A stretch of 56,175 nucleotides of DNA from assembly GCA_009704535.1 (NCBI GenBank), contig WLEA01000001.1, positions 1-56,175 on the forward strand, given 5' to 3'. The notes below the pieces were generated by a model, which had not been told where the DNA came from, did no database searches, and saw only the letters and a program-made list of their open reading frames with translations. Shown here one piece after another: positions 11,086-20,475 of this stretch. The number at the start of each line of letters is the position of its first letter. Position 1 is the stretch's first letter. The position numbers and the translations under genes are program-made. Source of the stretch: Actinomycetota bacterium (GTDB lineage Bacteria; Actinomycetota; Actinomycetes; Actinomycetales; Microbacteriaceae).

Positions 11086-11760
11086 CTAGGTGCCAGCGGG
11101 CCTTTTCCCCGTTATTGCAGTGCCAATGCGCAGGTGTGTCGCGCCGGCCGCAATCGCCGCCTCGAAGTCCCCCGACATGCCAATCGACAAGTCCTGTGCC
11201 TGCGGCGCCATAGCGCGCACGCGCGCAGCGTAGTTGAGCACTCGGTCAAAGGCCCGGGACGGCTCCTCGTCCACAGGAGCGACGGCCATGACACCCCGGA
11301 GATTCAAAGCCGGGGACTGCAGGGCCAGCTCGCACAGCGACTCCAGGTCTGCGGGCATAACTCCGCCGCGCCCCGGGACGTCGGTGAGGTTGATTTCTAG
11401 AAAGATGTCGACCACGCGCTCCTGTTTAGCAAGAGCCTGGACGAGGGATGGCCTGTCCACTGAATGGATCACCCGGGCGTAGTCGGCGACCGCGCGCGCT
11501 TTATTCGACTGAAGCTGTCCAATGAAGTGCCAGGTGAGATCAAGCTCCGCCAGTTCGTCATGTTTTGCCACAGCCTCTTGGTGGCGGTTCTCCCCCATAT
11601 GGCGAATACCCAGGGAATAAAGATCACGGACAAGCTCGGCAGGATGAAACTTCGTCACCACGATGGTCGTAATCTCGGATGCCTGACGACCATCTGCTCG
11701 CGCGGCCGAGGCAATGCGATCCTGAACGTCAAGAACCCGGGCTTCAAGGGTGTCACCCAC
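11086..11760 (-). CDS. yggS: YggS family PLP homeostasis protein
   Basis: VVTKF, GENRxQE, WHFIGQLQSNK, SxGMSGD, RIGT. Confidence 0.94.
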   Translation of the reverse strand: MGDTLEARVLDVQDRIASAARADGRQASEITTIVVTKFHPAELVRDLYSLGIRHMGENRHQEAVAKHDELAELDLTWHFIGQLQSNKARAVADYARVIHSVDRPSLVQALAKQERVVDIFLEINLTDVPGRGGVMPADLESLCELALQSPALNLRGVMAVAPVDEEPSRAFDRVLNYAARVRAMAPQAQDLSIGMSGDFEAAIAAGATHLRIGTAITGKRPAGT

Positions 11761-11769
11761 GGGATGGCA

Positions 11770-12909
11770 CTATCTCAAGAAGTCGGGCACATCGAGCTCG
11801 GCATACTCATCGGCATCGGTAGCGAAGAGTGGCGCCTCTGGCGATACCTGCTCGTTCCCGCTGGGGAGCAACCAGGATTCTTCAGGCTTGTCACCTGCGA
11901 CTGTGGGATCTTTCACCTCAGGGGCGCTACTTCCAGAGGATACAGGGGCTCCTCGCCGCTCGGGAGAATCAGCGAACCCTGCGGCAATCACAGTCACGCG
12001 GACCTCATCGCCCAGGGAGTCGTCAATGACCGCTCCAAAGAGAATGTTGGCATCGGGATGGACAGCCTCAGCGACGAGTTTGGCAGCATCGTGTATTTCG
12101 TAGAGCCCCAGGGTAGACCCGCCTTGAACTGAGAGCAGCACACCTTGGGCCCCTTCGATGCTGAGCTCCAGCAGTGGAGACGCCACAGCTAACTCGGCTG
12201 CCTTGATTGCGCGGTCCGCCCCCCGCGCGGAACCAATACCCATCAGGGCGGTGCCGGCATCTTGCATTACCGACTTGACGTCGGCAAAGTCGAGGTTAAT
12301 GAGACCTGGAGTCATAATCAGGTCAGTGATTCCTTGGACACCTGCCAACAGAACGTGGTCAGCCGTCTCAAAGGCTTCAAGCATGCTTATGGTTCTGTCC
12401 GAAATCTCCAGGAGTCGGTCATTGGGCACCACGATGAGCGTGTCAACCTGTTCCCTCAGCGCTTCAACGCCAGCGTCGGCTTGCGCCATCCTCCGCTTGC
12501 CTTCGAAGCCAAAAGGCTTCGTCACGATTCCTACAGTGACGGCACCAATTGACTTCGCGATGCGGGCAACAACAGGTGCACCACCGGTCCCTGTGCCACC
12601 ACCCTCTCCCGCTGTGACGAAAACCATATCGGCACCAGCCAAAGCCTGCTCAATCTCCTCGTGGTGATCCTCAGCGGCTCGACGGCCGACCTCGGGGTCG
12701 GCGCCCGCGCCAAGACCTCGGGTGAGTTCACGCCCGACATCGAGCTTCACATCGGCATCGCTCAGAAGAAGTGCCTGAGCGTCAGTATTGATGGCGATGA
12801 ATTCGACACCGCGCAACCCTCGGTCAATCATGCGGTTGACTGCGTTCACACCGCCACCTCCGACACCCACCACTTTGATGACTGCGAGATAATTGTGTTG
12901 ACCGGACAC
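11770..12909 (-). CDS. ftsZ: Cell division protein FtsZ
   Basis: GGGTGTG tubulin signature, NLDFADV, C-terminal LDVPDFL. Confidence 0.98.
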   Translation of the reverse strand: MSGQHNYLAVIKVVGVGGGGVNAVNRMIDRGLRGVEFIAINTDAQALLLSDADVKLDVGRELTRGLGAGADPEVGRRAAEDHHEEIEQALAGADMVFVTAGEGGGTGTGGAPVVARIAKSIGAVTVGIVTKPFGFEGKRRMAQADAGVEALREQVDTLIVVPNDRLLEISDRTISMLEAFETADHVLLAGVQGITDLIMTPGLINLDFADVKSVMQDAGTALMGIGSARGADRAIKAAELAVASPLLELSIEGAQGVLLSVQGGSTLGLYEIHDAAKLVAEAVHPDANILFGAVIDDSLGDEVRVTVIAAGFADSPERRGAPVSSGSSAPEVKDPTVAGDKPEESWLLPSGNEQVSPEAPLFATDADEYAELDVPDFLR

Positions 12910-12927
12910 CGGTACTCCCTTTCATTA

Positions 12928-12958
12928 AACTCTCAACCTCTACTTTAAGATTAGAGTT
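12928..12958 (-). promoter_or_regulatory. Imperfect palindrome upstream of ftsZ; probable FtsR operator
   Basis: AACTCTCAACCTCTACTTTAAGATTAGAGTT; the core resembles the FtsR site in the Corynebacterium glutamicum ftsZ promoter as I recall it; an ftsR-like gene lies at 41417-42124. Confidence 0.65.
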
Positions 12959-13017
12959 TTATTCACTTTTCCCGTGACATGACGCTAAAGCGCAATGGCG
13001 CGCAGGCCTCGGAGGCT

Positions 13018-13029
13018 CTGGGCGTGTCG
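13018..13029 (-). promoter_or_regulatory. GACAC-containing box (WhiA-type) upstream of ftsZ
   Basis: CGACACGCCCAG on the minus strand; identical 12-mer at 41396-41407; TAGCGT -10 candidate at 12982-12987. Confidence 0.5.
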
Positions 13030-13055
13030 CAGAACCCACATAAACAAAAGAAAAC

Positions 13056-13901
13056 TCAGTCCTGCTGGCGAACGACCACACTGTCCGGCGTTGTCACATC
13101 GATGATCTTGGGTCGGCCGGCACCGGCTGCCACTAAGGCAGGACCCAAAACCCGGGCTTTTTCTCGGGAGCGTTCCGCGCTCCCCCAGATGACTTCGTGG
13201 GAACTCTCCCTCATGGTGAACCGCACATCATCAAGTGTTGACGCTGTCACGCCTTCGATACTGCGGGAAATCTCCGGAGGAAGAGCGAGCAACACCCTGG
13301 ACACAGCGTCGAAGCTTGGTGATGTGGGGTCAGCCTCGACCAGGATGACCGGCAGCCCCGCGGGCGCGTCAGGCTCGGACCAGAGTTCCACTGCCGCAGC
13401 GTCCACCACCACGAAGGCACCGCCTCGCGATACCGCGCCTAGAGGCCGGCGTTCATTGAGAATAATCACCAGCGTCCCCGGAGGTTCAATCCGGGTCTCA
13501 AAAGCTTGGATTACGCGGATGGAGCTCAGGGCATCAGCAACGCGGTCGTTGCTGATGCGCGCAAGTGGCTCGCCGTAGAGGCCAGAAAGCGCCTGTTGGA
13601 TGTCTGTTTCCGGGACGGTGTGTGACCCCTCCACCTGAACGTCGCGCAACGCAAGAACTGGGGAGAGAACCAAAACCACCGTGGCCAAGACCACAACGGC
13701 AATACTGCCCAGTGACAGCGCCCACACTCCCCTTCGGCGCCTAGTTGCGGCGGTCAGACCCGTAAACTCGGCTTTCTCGGCCCTCCGTCGGCGCTGTGTC
13801 GCCTCTCGCACGGCACCTTGCGCTGAACCGCCTCGTTGTGGCCTGCCGCGTGGTCGTGTCCGGGGCGTCTTCGTGGCAGAAAAACCTTCAGGGCGCTGCA
13901 T
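13056..13901 (-). CDS. ftsQ: Cell division protein FtsQ
   Basis: Basic N-terminus, one TM, POTRA-like region, VIWG; lies between murC and ftsZ; start MQRPEGF. Confidence 0.88.
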   Translation of the reverse strand: MQRPEGFSATKTPRTRPRGRPQRGGSAQGAVREATQRRRRAEKAEFTGLTAATRRRRGVWALSLGSIAVVVLATVVLVLSPVLALRDVQVEGSHTVPETDIQQALSGLYGEPLARISNDRVADALSSIRVIQAFETRIEPPGTLVIILNERRPLGAVSRGGAFVVVDAAAVELWSEPDAPAGLPVILVEADPTSPSFDAVSRVLLALPPEISRSIEGVTASTLDDVRFTMRESSHEVIWGSAERSREKARVLGPALVAAGAGRPKIIDVTTPDSVVVRQQD

Positions 13902-15303
13902 GAGCGCCTTCGTCGGAAGCCTGCTTCGTCGCCAACAGCTGCGGAACGATTTGATACAGATCACCCGTGGACATGGTCAGGATAATGTCACCAGGTTTGG
14001 CCAGGGCGACGGCGCGTTCGCAGGCACGCGCCCAATCGGGCTCGTAGTCATGGGAATACCCGGCCGGAAGCTTCTCGAGAATCAAGTGGGTGCTCACTCC
14101 CTCGATGGGGTCTTCTCTCGACCCAAAGATGTCAAGAAATATCGTGTGGTCGCTACCAGCGGCAAATGCGCTAGCCAACTCTGCTGACATGTACTGGGTC
14201 CTAGAAAAAAGATGAGGTTGAAACATCGTAATGACACGACCACTCCCAACGACGGCGCGAGCTGTCTCGAGCGCGGCAGCAACCTCGGTGGGGTGATGAG
14301 CATGGTCATCGAAGAATCGGACACCACCACGCTCACCGTGGAACTGGAATCGACGATCAGCTCCGCTGAACCCGCTTACCGCGTGGGCGGCCTCCTTGAG
14401 CGTGAGCCCGGCATCAACGAGAACCCCAGCCACCCCAACAGCGTTCAGACCATTGAGCCGACCAGGAACCGCGAGAACAATCTCGGCCTCCTCACCGGCA
14501 TAGGTGATCTGCGCGCGAGCAAACGGCGCAGGCTCGATACTCAAAATCCGAAAGTCAGCATCCGGGGACACCCCGTAGGTTCTCACCCCAGAAGCATCGG
14601 AGAGCCTGGAGGCCAGTTCTCTCGTGCCCTCGTCATCAGCACAGAGCACAACACCGTGGGTAGCCGTTCTGGCAAATGCTTCAAAGGCGTCATAGATGGC
14701 GTCCATCCCGCCGTAGAAATCGAGATGGTCCGGAGCGACATTCGTCACCAGCACCGTGGACGGCTGATACGTCAGGAACGAACGGTCTGACTCGTCAGCC
14801 TCAATCGCAAAGAGTTCGGCCGAGCCGGTGCGCGATGAGACGCCCCACTGGCTCACCACACCGCCATTGACGAAGCCCGCATCAATCCCAGCTCGATGGA
14901 GCGCGCTGGCGAGCATTGCAGTGGAGGTTGTCTTTCCGTGAGAACCCGCGACTGCCAGGACTGTTTTGCCCCGCATGACCCAGCGCAACGCAGTAGAGCG
15001 ATGAATCACAGAGAGACCTCGGGAATAGGCTTCCACCAGTTCAGGATTTTCGTCCCTGACAGCACTTGAGGCAACAACCGTGTCGGCATCGCCCAGGTGG
15101 CTCGCATCGTGACCAATGAACACGGTTATGCCCGCATCGCGCAGCGAGTCAACGATTTCCGAGTCCGAGCGGTCAGAGCCGCTGACCATCACTCCCTGCT
15201 GCGCCATGACACGCGCAATGCCGCTCATGCCTGAACCAGCAATTCCAATGAAATGCGCCCGGGAAATACTTCCGGGAAGTGGACCACCGGGTAGTGGTTT
15301 CAC
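13888..15303 (-). CDS. murC: UDP-N-acetylmuramate--amino acid ligase MurC
   Basis: GIAGSGMS, GSHGKTT, EADESD, DHLD, AHHPTE, QPH..SRT. Confidence 0.93.
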   Translation of the reverse strand: MKPLPGGPLPGSISRAHFIGIAGSGMSGIARVMAQQGVMVSGSDRSDSEIVDSLRDAGITVFIGHDASHLGDADTVVASSAVRDENPELVEAYSRGLSVIHRSTALRWVMRGKTVLAVAGSHGKTTSTAMLASALHRAGIDAGFVNGGVVSQWGVSSRTGSAELFAIEADESDRSFLTYQPSTVLVTNVAPDHLDFYGGMDAIYDAFEAFARTATHGVVLCADDEGTRELASRLSDASGVRTYGVSPDADFRILSIEPAPFARAQITYAGEEAEIVLAVPGRLNGLNAVGVAGVLVDAGLTLKEAAHAVSGFSGADRRFQFHGERGGVRFFDDHAHHPTEVAAALETARAVVGSGRVITMFQPHLFSRTQYMSAELASAFAAGSDHTIFLDIFGSREDPIEGVSTHLILEKLPAGYSHDYEPDWARACERAVALAKPGDIILTMSTGDLYQIVPQLLATKQASDEGAHAAP

Positions 15304-16400
15304 GCGCCCGAACCCTTGCTCCGCCGTGATGACAGCGCCTCCATCATGAACTCAACAAATGCCTCGGCGGCCTCGGGCCGCCCGAGGCCAATCGCGTTGG
15401 CCCTCATGCTCGCCAGTGCCGTTTCATCAGCGAGCAACGGGAGCACCACGTCTCGGAAACGCTCCGGCGTGAACTCCCGATCTGGCAACAGAAGAGCCGC
15501 CCCAGCAGCAAGGCTGTCTACGGCGTTTTCTTCTTGTTCCCCGTTGCCCACCGGATATGGAACAAAAACTGCGGGTATACCGACTATTTGAATCTCCGCC
15601 ACAGTCGCCGCACCAGCGCGCGAAATCACTGCGCTGGCGGATGCGAAAGCCAAATCCATTCGGTCGCAATAGGCCAGAGCGACATACCCAGGAGAAGACG
15701 GCGGCAGCGGATTCTTACTCCCCACGATATGCAGTATCTGCCAATCCAGAGCCAGTATGTCCTCCACCACAGCGGCCAGGGTCGCGTTCAGCGACCGGGC
15801 GCCCTGAGAGCCGCCGGTGACCAGTAGTGTCTTTTTCCCTGGCTTCAGCCCAAATGCGCTCCGCGCCCGGGAGGCATTGGGGGAAGACGAAGGATGGGTA
15901 ATGGTCCTCGCCATGGGCATGCCCAAGACTCTGGCGTGGGGCAACTGGGTCTGGCTGAACGTGGTCACCACAAACCGCGTGAGTCGCGAACCGAGCCTGT
16001 TCGCGAAACCCGGAACCGCATTGGCTTCGTGGATCACGAGCGGAGTCCTGGTGAGCCAGGAAGCAACATAGCTGGGCGCCGAGGCATAACCGCCAAATCC
16101 TGCAACCAGCTCGGCCCTGTGGCGCATAATCAACCAGACAACTTTGCCCACCGCGATGGCGAAACGAGGCCAGAACACCAGCGCACCAAGGCTCAGTTTT
16201 CTCGGCATGGGAAGCCGTTGGGTGGTCGCCAGCGCGAACCCGGCCGCCGGAACCAGGCGGGACTCAAGGCCCCCTCGGGTGCCAACCACCATGATTTCGG
16301 AGGGGTGACAAAGACCCTGGCGCACAACCTCATTCGCCACCGCAAGCATGGGGTTCACGTGGCCGGCGGTGCCTCCGCCCGCCAAAAGAACTCGGGTCAT
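15300..16400 (-). CDS. murG: Undecaprenyl-PP-MurNAc-peptide GlcNAc transferase MurG
   Basis: AGGGTAGH, HEANxxPG, GGSQGA, RAGAAT, EQxxNA. Confidence 0.95.
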   Translation of the reverse strand: MTRVLLAGGGTAGHVNPMLAVANEVVRQGLCHPSEIMVVGTRGGLESRLVPAAGFALATTQRLPMPRKLSLGALVFWPRFAIAVGKVVWLIMRHRAELVAGFGGYASAPSYVASWLTRTPLVIHEANAVPGFANRLGSRLTRFVVTTFSQTQLPHARVLGMPMARTITHPSSSPNASRARSAFGLKPGKKTLLVTGGSQGARSLNATLAAVVEDILALDWQILHIVGSKNPLPPSSPGYVALAYCDRMDLAFASASAVISRAGAATVAEIQIVGIPAVFVPYPVGNGEQEENAVDSLAAGAALLLPDREFTPERFRDVVLPLLADETALASMRANAIGLGRPEAAEAFVEFMMEALSSRRSKGSGA

Positions 16401-17617
16401 CGAGTGCCGGTCCTTCGTCGTTCCCGGTAGTCGCTCACTGACTCGGAGCCGGTGCGGTTGAGAGCCATCACCAACCCAATAGCGATCAACGACGAGAGCA
16501 GCGCAGAACCGCCCACTGACATGAACGGCAGCGGAACGCCAAGAACAGGCAAAAGCTCGAGCACCACCGCAATGTTGACCAGCGCCTGACCAATCAGCCA
16601 CACCATGACACCCCCCGTGACAATTCTCGCGAAGGGGTCTTGCTGTGCTCGAACCATGCGCGTCATCGCGATGGCGAGGACAACGAAGGCGACAATCACC
16701 AGTGTGGTCCCCGCAAGGCCAAGCTCCTCGCCAACAATGGCAAAAATGAAGTCGGTCTCGGCTGCTGGCAACCATGACCATTTGGCGCGAGAGTTGCCAA
16801 GTCCTACCCCGAGTAAGCCACCAGAGCCCAGGGCATAAGTCGAGTGAACGGACTGCCAACACGTTGTGAGATAGTCCGCCTCGGTGCACCCGGAGAACCA
16901 TGTCATGATGCGCGCCACACGCGAGGGACTCAAGACCGCAGCGATCCCCAGAAAGGCCCCCAAGGCGCCCATCACCGCCGCCAGGTGAGACAGGCGGACT
17001 CCGGCTAAAAATGAAACTCCCAGGGCAATCATCGTCATGATGCCCACAGTTCCCAGGTCACGGCCGGCAATCACCAATGCGAGCGCCACTCCGACTCCCA
17101 CAGCCAGGGGACTGAGAAGAACTCGGTAGTCGTGGAGACGATGAAGGCGATTCGACAGGATTGCCGCCATCCATGCGATCAGCGCAACCTTCAAAATCTC
17201 TGAGGGCTGACCACTAAATCCGGCGATGTTGATCCAATTTCGGTTACCTCCAGCGGTGATTCCCAGGGCGCTGAAGACTAGCGCCTGAAACACCAAAGCG
17301 CCCAAAAACACCGCCGGGGTAGCTCGCTTGATTTGGATGGGCCTCAGTCGAGACACGATGAGCATGAGCGGAACGCCCAACACCGCCCAGAATGCCTGCC
17401 TCAAGAAAGTGGCAAAAAAGTTGCCGTCGTTGCCGAGAGCCGAACCAACAAACGATGACGAGAGCACCATGACCAAACCAAAAGCAACCAAGAACAAGAC
17501 AGTCGCCACCATCACCACATACTCGCCCGATTCCGCGCGAAAGAGACGCCTCACACTGACGACCACGCGTGGCTTGTCAGCCGGAGAACTAGAAGGTCGA
17601 CGCACGACTGTCGTCAC
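16397..17617 (-). CDS. ftsW: SEDS peptidoglycan polymerase FtsW
   Basis: Multi-TM protein; QPSE, LPAAETDFIFAIVGEELG, GVPLPFMSxGGS; GTG start behind GAGGAAGG. Confidence 0.95.
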   Translation of the reverse strand: MTTVVRRPSSSPADKPRVVVSVRRLFRAESGEYVVMVATVLFLVAFGLVMVLSSSFVGSALGNDGNFFATFLRQAFWAVLGVPLMLIVSRLRPIQIKRATPAVFLGALVFQALVFSALGITAGGNRNWINIAGFSGQPSEILKVALIAWMAAILSNRLHRLHDYRVLLSPLAVGVGVALALVIAGRDLGTVGIMTMIALGVSFLAGVRLSHLAAVMGALGAFLGIAAVLSPSRVARIMTWFSGCTEADYLTTCWQSVHSTYALGSGGLLGVGLGNSRAKWSWLPAAETDFIFAIVGEELGLAGTTLVIVAFVVLAIAMTRMVRAQQDPFARIVTGGVMVWLIGQALVNIAVVLELLPVLGVPLPFMSVGGSALLSSLIAIGLVMALNRTGSESVSDYRERRRTGTR

Positions 17618-17744
17618 ATCGCCACCTTCCTCACGTTCAAAGTGCACCATCTAGGGCGGGTGAACCCTCCATCCACAAGTGTGAACCTATGGGGCGGATA
17701 GACCCGATAGGGCGCGCCGGCATGCCCCCAGCTGCCCCAGCAGC

Positions 17745-18737
17745 CTAGGGAAGGGTCACCACTCCCGCTATCAGCGCAGGCGAGACGTCATAGGAACGCG
17801 CAATAGCCACGGCCGCCAGGATGGTGGGCAGGTCATCGGGTATCACCCACCCGGCCTCCTCGAGCTCCTCGGTAGTCGAAATCTCGAGGGCCTGGTGCGC
17901 CCGATCCTCAAGGAAGGCCCGGTCGCAGAGAATACCCTCCACGAGGCCTAGATCGCTCATTCCCGGTGAGTCCAGTCCAATCCCAATTGCCCGGGCACCC
18001 TCGAGTACATCCGCGTCCTTCACCATCTCCTCAGTGGGTCCGACGCTGCGGCGATAGACACATGCCGTGGTCGTCGCATCAAACCGCGCTCCGCTGGGAG
18101 TCACGCCGGCATCTCCCAGGGACACCGTGAGCGCGGGTCTGCGCAGCGCCTCGGGATAGCGCTGCCACCAGCCGACGCCCGTCGACCCCGCCACAATAAT
18201 GAGTGTTGTGTAGGGCTCAGGGTCACGAAGTGCATCCAGTAGTGGGGCGCTCTCCAGCCCGACGTGCCGGGCACTACGACCATCAGCCACCAGTATCCGG
18301 GCTGCTAGATCAGCAATACGCGGCCCGTCGGTCTCCCCGACGACCAGTATCCACTGCGCTACGACGTCGTTCTTGTCTCGGACTCTCCACGCGAAATCCA
18401 CATCCGACCAGACTGGAACCCCCCCTCCCAGAAGCGCGCCCGCAACGGGGTCGTCACTGGAAACATCAGGAGAGACTATGGCGAGATCCGCAGTGTGACC
18501 AAGCGCTGCCTGCACCCTCGAGAGGACATCGCCAGAGACGTGGACTCCGGCGCCGATGACTTCGCAAATCCGCACGACATCGCTCTTGGCATCCGGTGCA
18601 ACAGCCAGAACTTCTGCGCCCAGCTCGACCAGCGTGTCAACAACGGCAAAGCCGGTGGCGTCGAGGCCAACGACTACGACCCTCACGCCAGACCAATCAC
18701 TATGCCAACTAGTCAGCGAGTCCAGCAAAGAGGCCAT
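17745..18737 (-). CDS. MurD-derived protein, predicted catalytically dead (no P-loop, no C-terminal domain)
   Basis: murD position; MurD-like N-terminus (LDSLTSWHSDW..V.V.GL..TGFAV.DTL.ELGA) and DRAFLEDR; GTNGKTT replaced by GETDGPR; 330 aa. Confidence 0.85.
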   Translation of the reverse strand: MASLLDSLTSWHSDWSGVRVVVVGLDATGFAVVDTLVELGAEVLAVAPDAKSDVVRICEVIGAGVHVSGDVLSRVQAALGHTADLAIVSPDVSSDDPVAGALLGGGVPVWSDVDFAWRVRDKNDVVAQWILVVGETDGPRIADLAARILVADGRSARHVGLESAPLLDALRDPEPYTTLIIVAGSTGVGWWQRYPEALRRPALTVSLGDAGVTPSGARFDATTTACVYRRSVGPTEEMVKDADVLEGARAIGIGLDSPGMSDLGLVEGILCDRAFLEDRAHQALEISTTEELEEAGWVIPDDLPTILAAVAIARSYDVSPALIAGVVTLP

Positions 18738-19834
18738 CAGCGGCTGAGCCACTCCAAGTAGAACACTCCTGCACCCGCAGCGGCAAACAGGCCAGCGATG
18801 AGCCAGAACCTGACGACAATGGTGACCTCAGCCCAGCCTTTGATTTCGTAGTGGTGGTGCAGAGGGGAAGAGTAAAAGACCCGTTTTCCGCCGGTTGCCT
18901 TGAAATACAGGCGTTGAATAATGACGGAGCCCGTCAAAATGACGAACAAGCCACCGACAATGGGCAGCAGGACTTCGGTTCGGGAGAACAGAGCCAGGGC
19001 TGCCACACCGCCACCAAGACTCAACGACCCGGTGTCGCCCATGAAGATTTTTGCTGGCGAGGTATTCCACCAGAGGAAACCAATGAGGCTCGCTGAAATG
19101 ATCGCCGCGACAGAGGTCAACTCCAGTGAATCGCGCACCTCATAACACTTGTAAACGTTCTCTTCATCGACCACACCGCGGAAACACGATTGGTTGAACT
19201 GCCAGAACGTGATCATGACGTAGGCGACGAAAACCAGGATGGTTGACCCACTGGCAAGCCCGTCCAGGCCATCAGTGAGATTGACCGCGTTTGACGTCCC
19301 CACAATTATCAGGCTCGCCCACACGGCAAAAGCAATAATTGCGCCTATCTGACCGAGACCGACAAAGGAAACAAGATCGGCGTTGCGGATCACGGAGATA
19401 CCCAGTGCCGCCGGTGTCTGGTTGTCGTTATCGGGAAAGGACACGGCCAGCACCGCAAACGTGACCGAAGCCAAGATTTGCCCGACGACCTTGGCTCGCG
19501 GACTGAGCCCCAAAGACTGCTGGCGGCGGACTTTAGAAAAATCGTCCAAGAAGCCGACAATTCCTAGGGTGACCATCAACCCAATGACGAGGACCGCTGA
19601 CTGAGTTACCGGTGCGCCCTCGATAAGGTGCGCCCCGAAATACCCCGCGACCACGGCGAGCAAAATAACAATGCCACCCATAGTGGGTGTGCCACGCTTC
19701 ACGAAGTGGGTTTTGGGGCCATCCTGGCGGATGAACTGTCCCCACCCCAGTTTCCCAAAGAGCCTAATGAAGAGCGGCGTGAGGAATAGCGAAAAGAAGA
19801 GCGCGATAGCGCTGCCGAGCAAAAGAATCCTCAC
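18737..19834 (-). CDS. mraY: Phospho-MurNAc-pentapeptide transferase MraY
   Basis: GTPTMGG, GFLDD, NAVNLTDGLDGL, FMGDTGS, PLHHH. Confidence 0.97.
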   Translation of the reverse strand: MRILLLGSAIALFFSLFLTPLFIRLFGKLGWGQFIRQDGPKTHFVKRGTPTMGGIVILLAVVAGYFGAHLIEGAPVTQSAVLVIGLMVTLGIVGFLDDFSKVRRQQSLGLSPRAKVVGQILASVTFAVLAVSFPDNDNQTPAALGISVIRNADLVSFVGLGQIGAIIAFAVWASLIIVGTSNAVNLTDGLDGLASGSTILVFVAYVMITFWQFNQSCFRGVVDEENVYKCYEVRDSLELTSVAAIISASLIGFLWWNTSPAKIFMGDTGSLSLGGGVAALALFSRTEVLLPIVGGLFVILTGSVIIQRLYFKATGGKRVFYSSPLHHHYEIKGWAEVTIVVRFWLIAGLFAAAGAGVFYLEWLSR

Positions 19835-20475
19835 GAGAGATCCTCCACGAGCCGCAGAGCGAGGGGAAGCAGCGACTGCCCCGTCGAACCCATCACGAGC
19901 ACCACATCCTCCGGCCGGACAAACGCACGGATGTCATCGTACGCGTCTTCAACACTCTCGCAGTGCTGCGACTCTCCATCCCAGGACCCCTCCCGTCCGA
20001 CGGAGAGAAACAGCGCTCTGGCTTCGGGGCCAACAGCAAAAACCTGGTCCACGTTGAGTCGCACCATCAACGCCCCAAATGCCCCGAGGTTGTCATAGTC
20101 GGACTCTCCGTCGAAATCTAGCGCTCCCGCGGCGACAACCACGCGTCGTTCTCTCGCAGCGAGACCCGTCACGGTTTTGAGTGATGTGGCCGCATCGCTG
20201 ACTCCGAGGGTGCCGGTGTCATCAATGACAAGCACGCCCTCCCCCACTCGATGAACATCGAGTATGTGAGGCTCCGCAGCGCGCACCACTCCCGCGACAG
20301 CCTCGCCAAGGCTTACCCCCGCGCCAACGCGAGCGCTCACTGATTCAAGCGCGCGCTCCAGGAGCCGACGTGACATGGTGGGGACTTCCCAGGCCAGCCT
20401 CTGCTCTCCTGCGACGAGTACTCCCCCAGATCGACCCCAGTCAATCCACGGCTCGTCAAGGGTGACCTCAGTCAT
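19831..20475 (-). CDS. MurF-derived C-terminal-domain protein, predicted catalytically dead
   Basis: murF position; keeps VRLNVD, EGSWDGES and DVVLV; lacks N-terminal and ATP domains; 214 aa; overlaps the murE stop and mraY start. Confidence 0.82.
   Translation of the reverse strand: MTEVTLDEPWIDWGRSGGVLVAGEQRLAWEVPTMSRRLLERALESVSARVGAGVSLGEAVAGVVRAAEPHILDVHRVGEGVLVIDDTGTLGVSDAATSLKTVTGLAARERRVVVAAGALDFDGESDYDNLGAFGALMVRLNVDQVFAVGPEARALFLSVGREGSWDGESQHCESVEDAYDDIRAFVRPEDVVLVMGSTGQSLLPLALRLVEDLS

Noticed and set aside
17618-17744. Missing MurD C-terminal domain hidden behind a frameshift
   Set aside because: Only about 127 bp remain before ftsW and no MurD C-domain motifs are recognisable.
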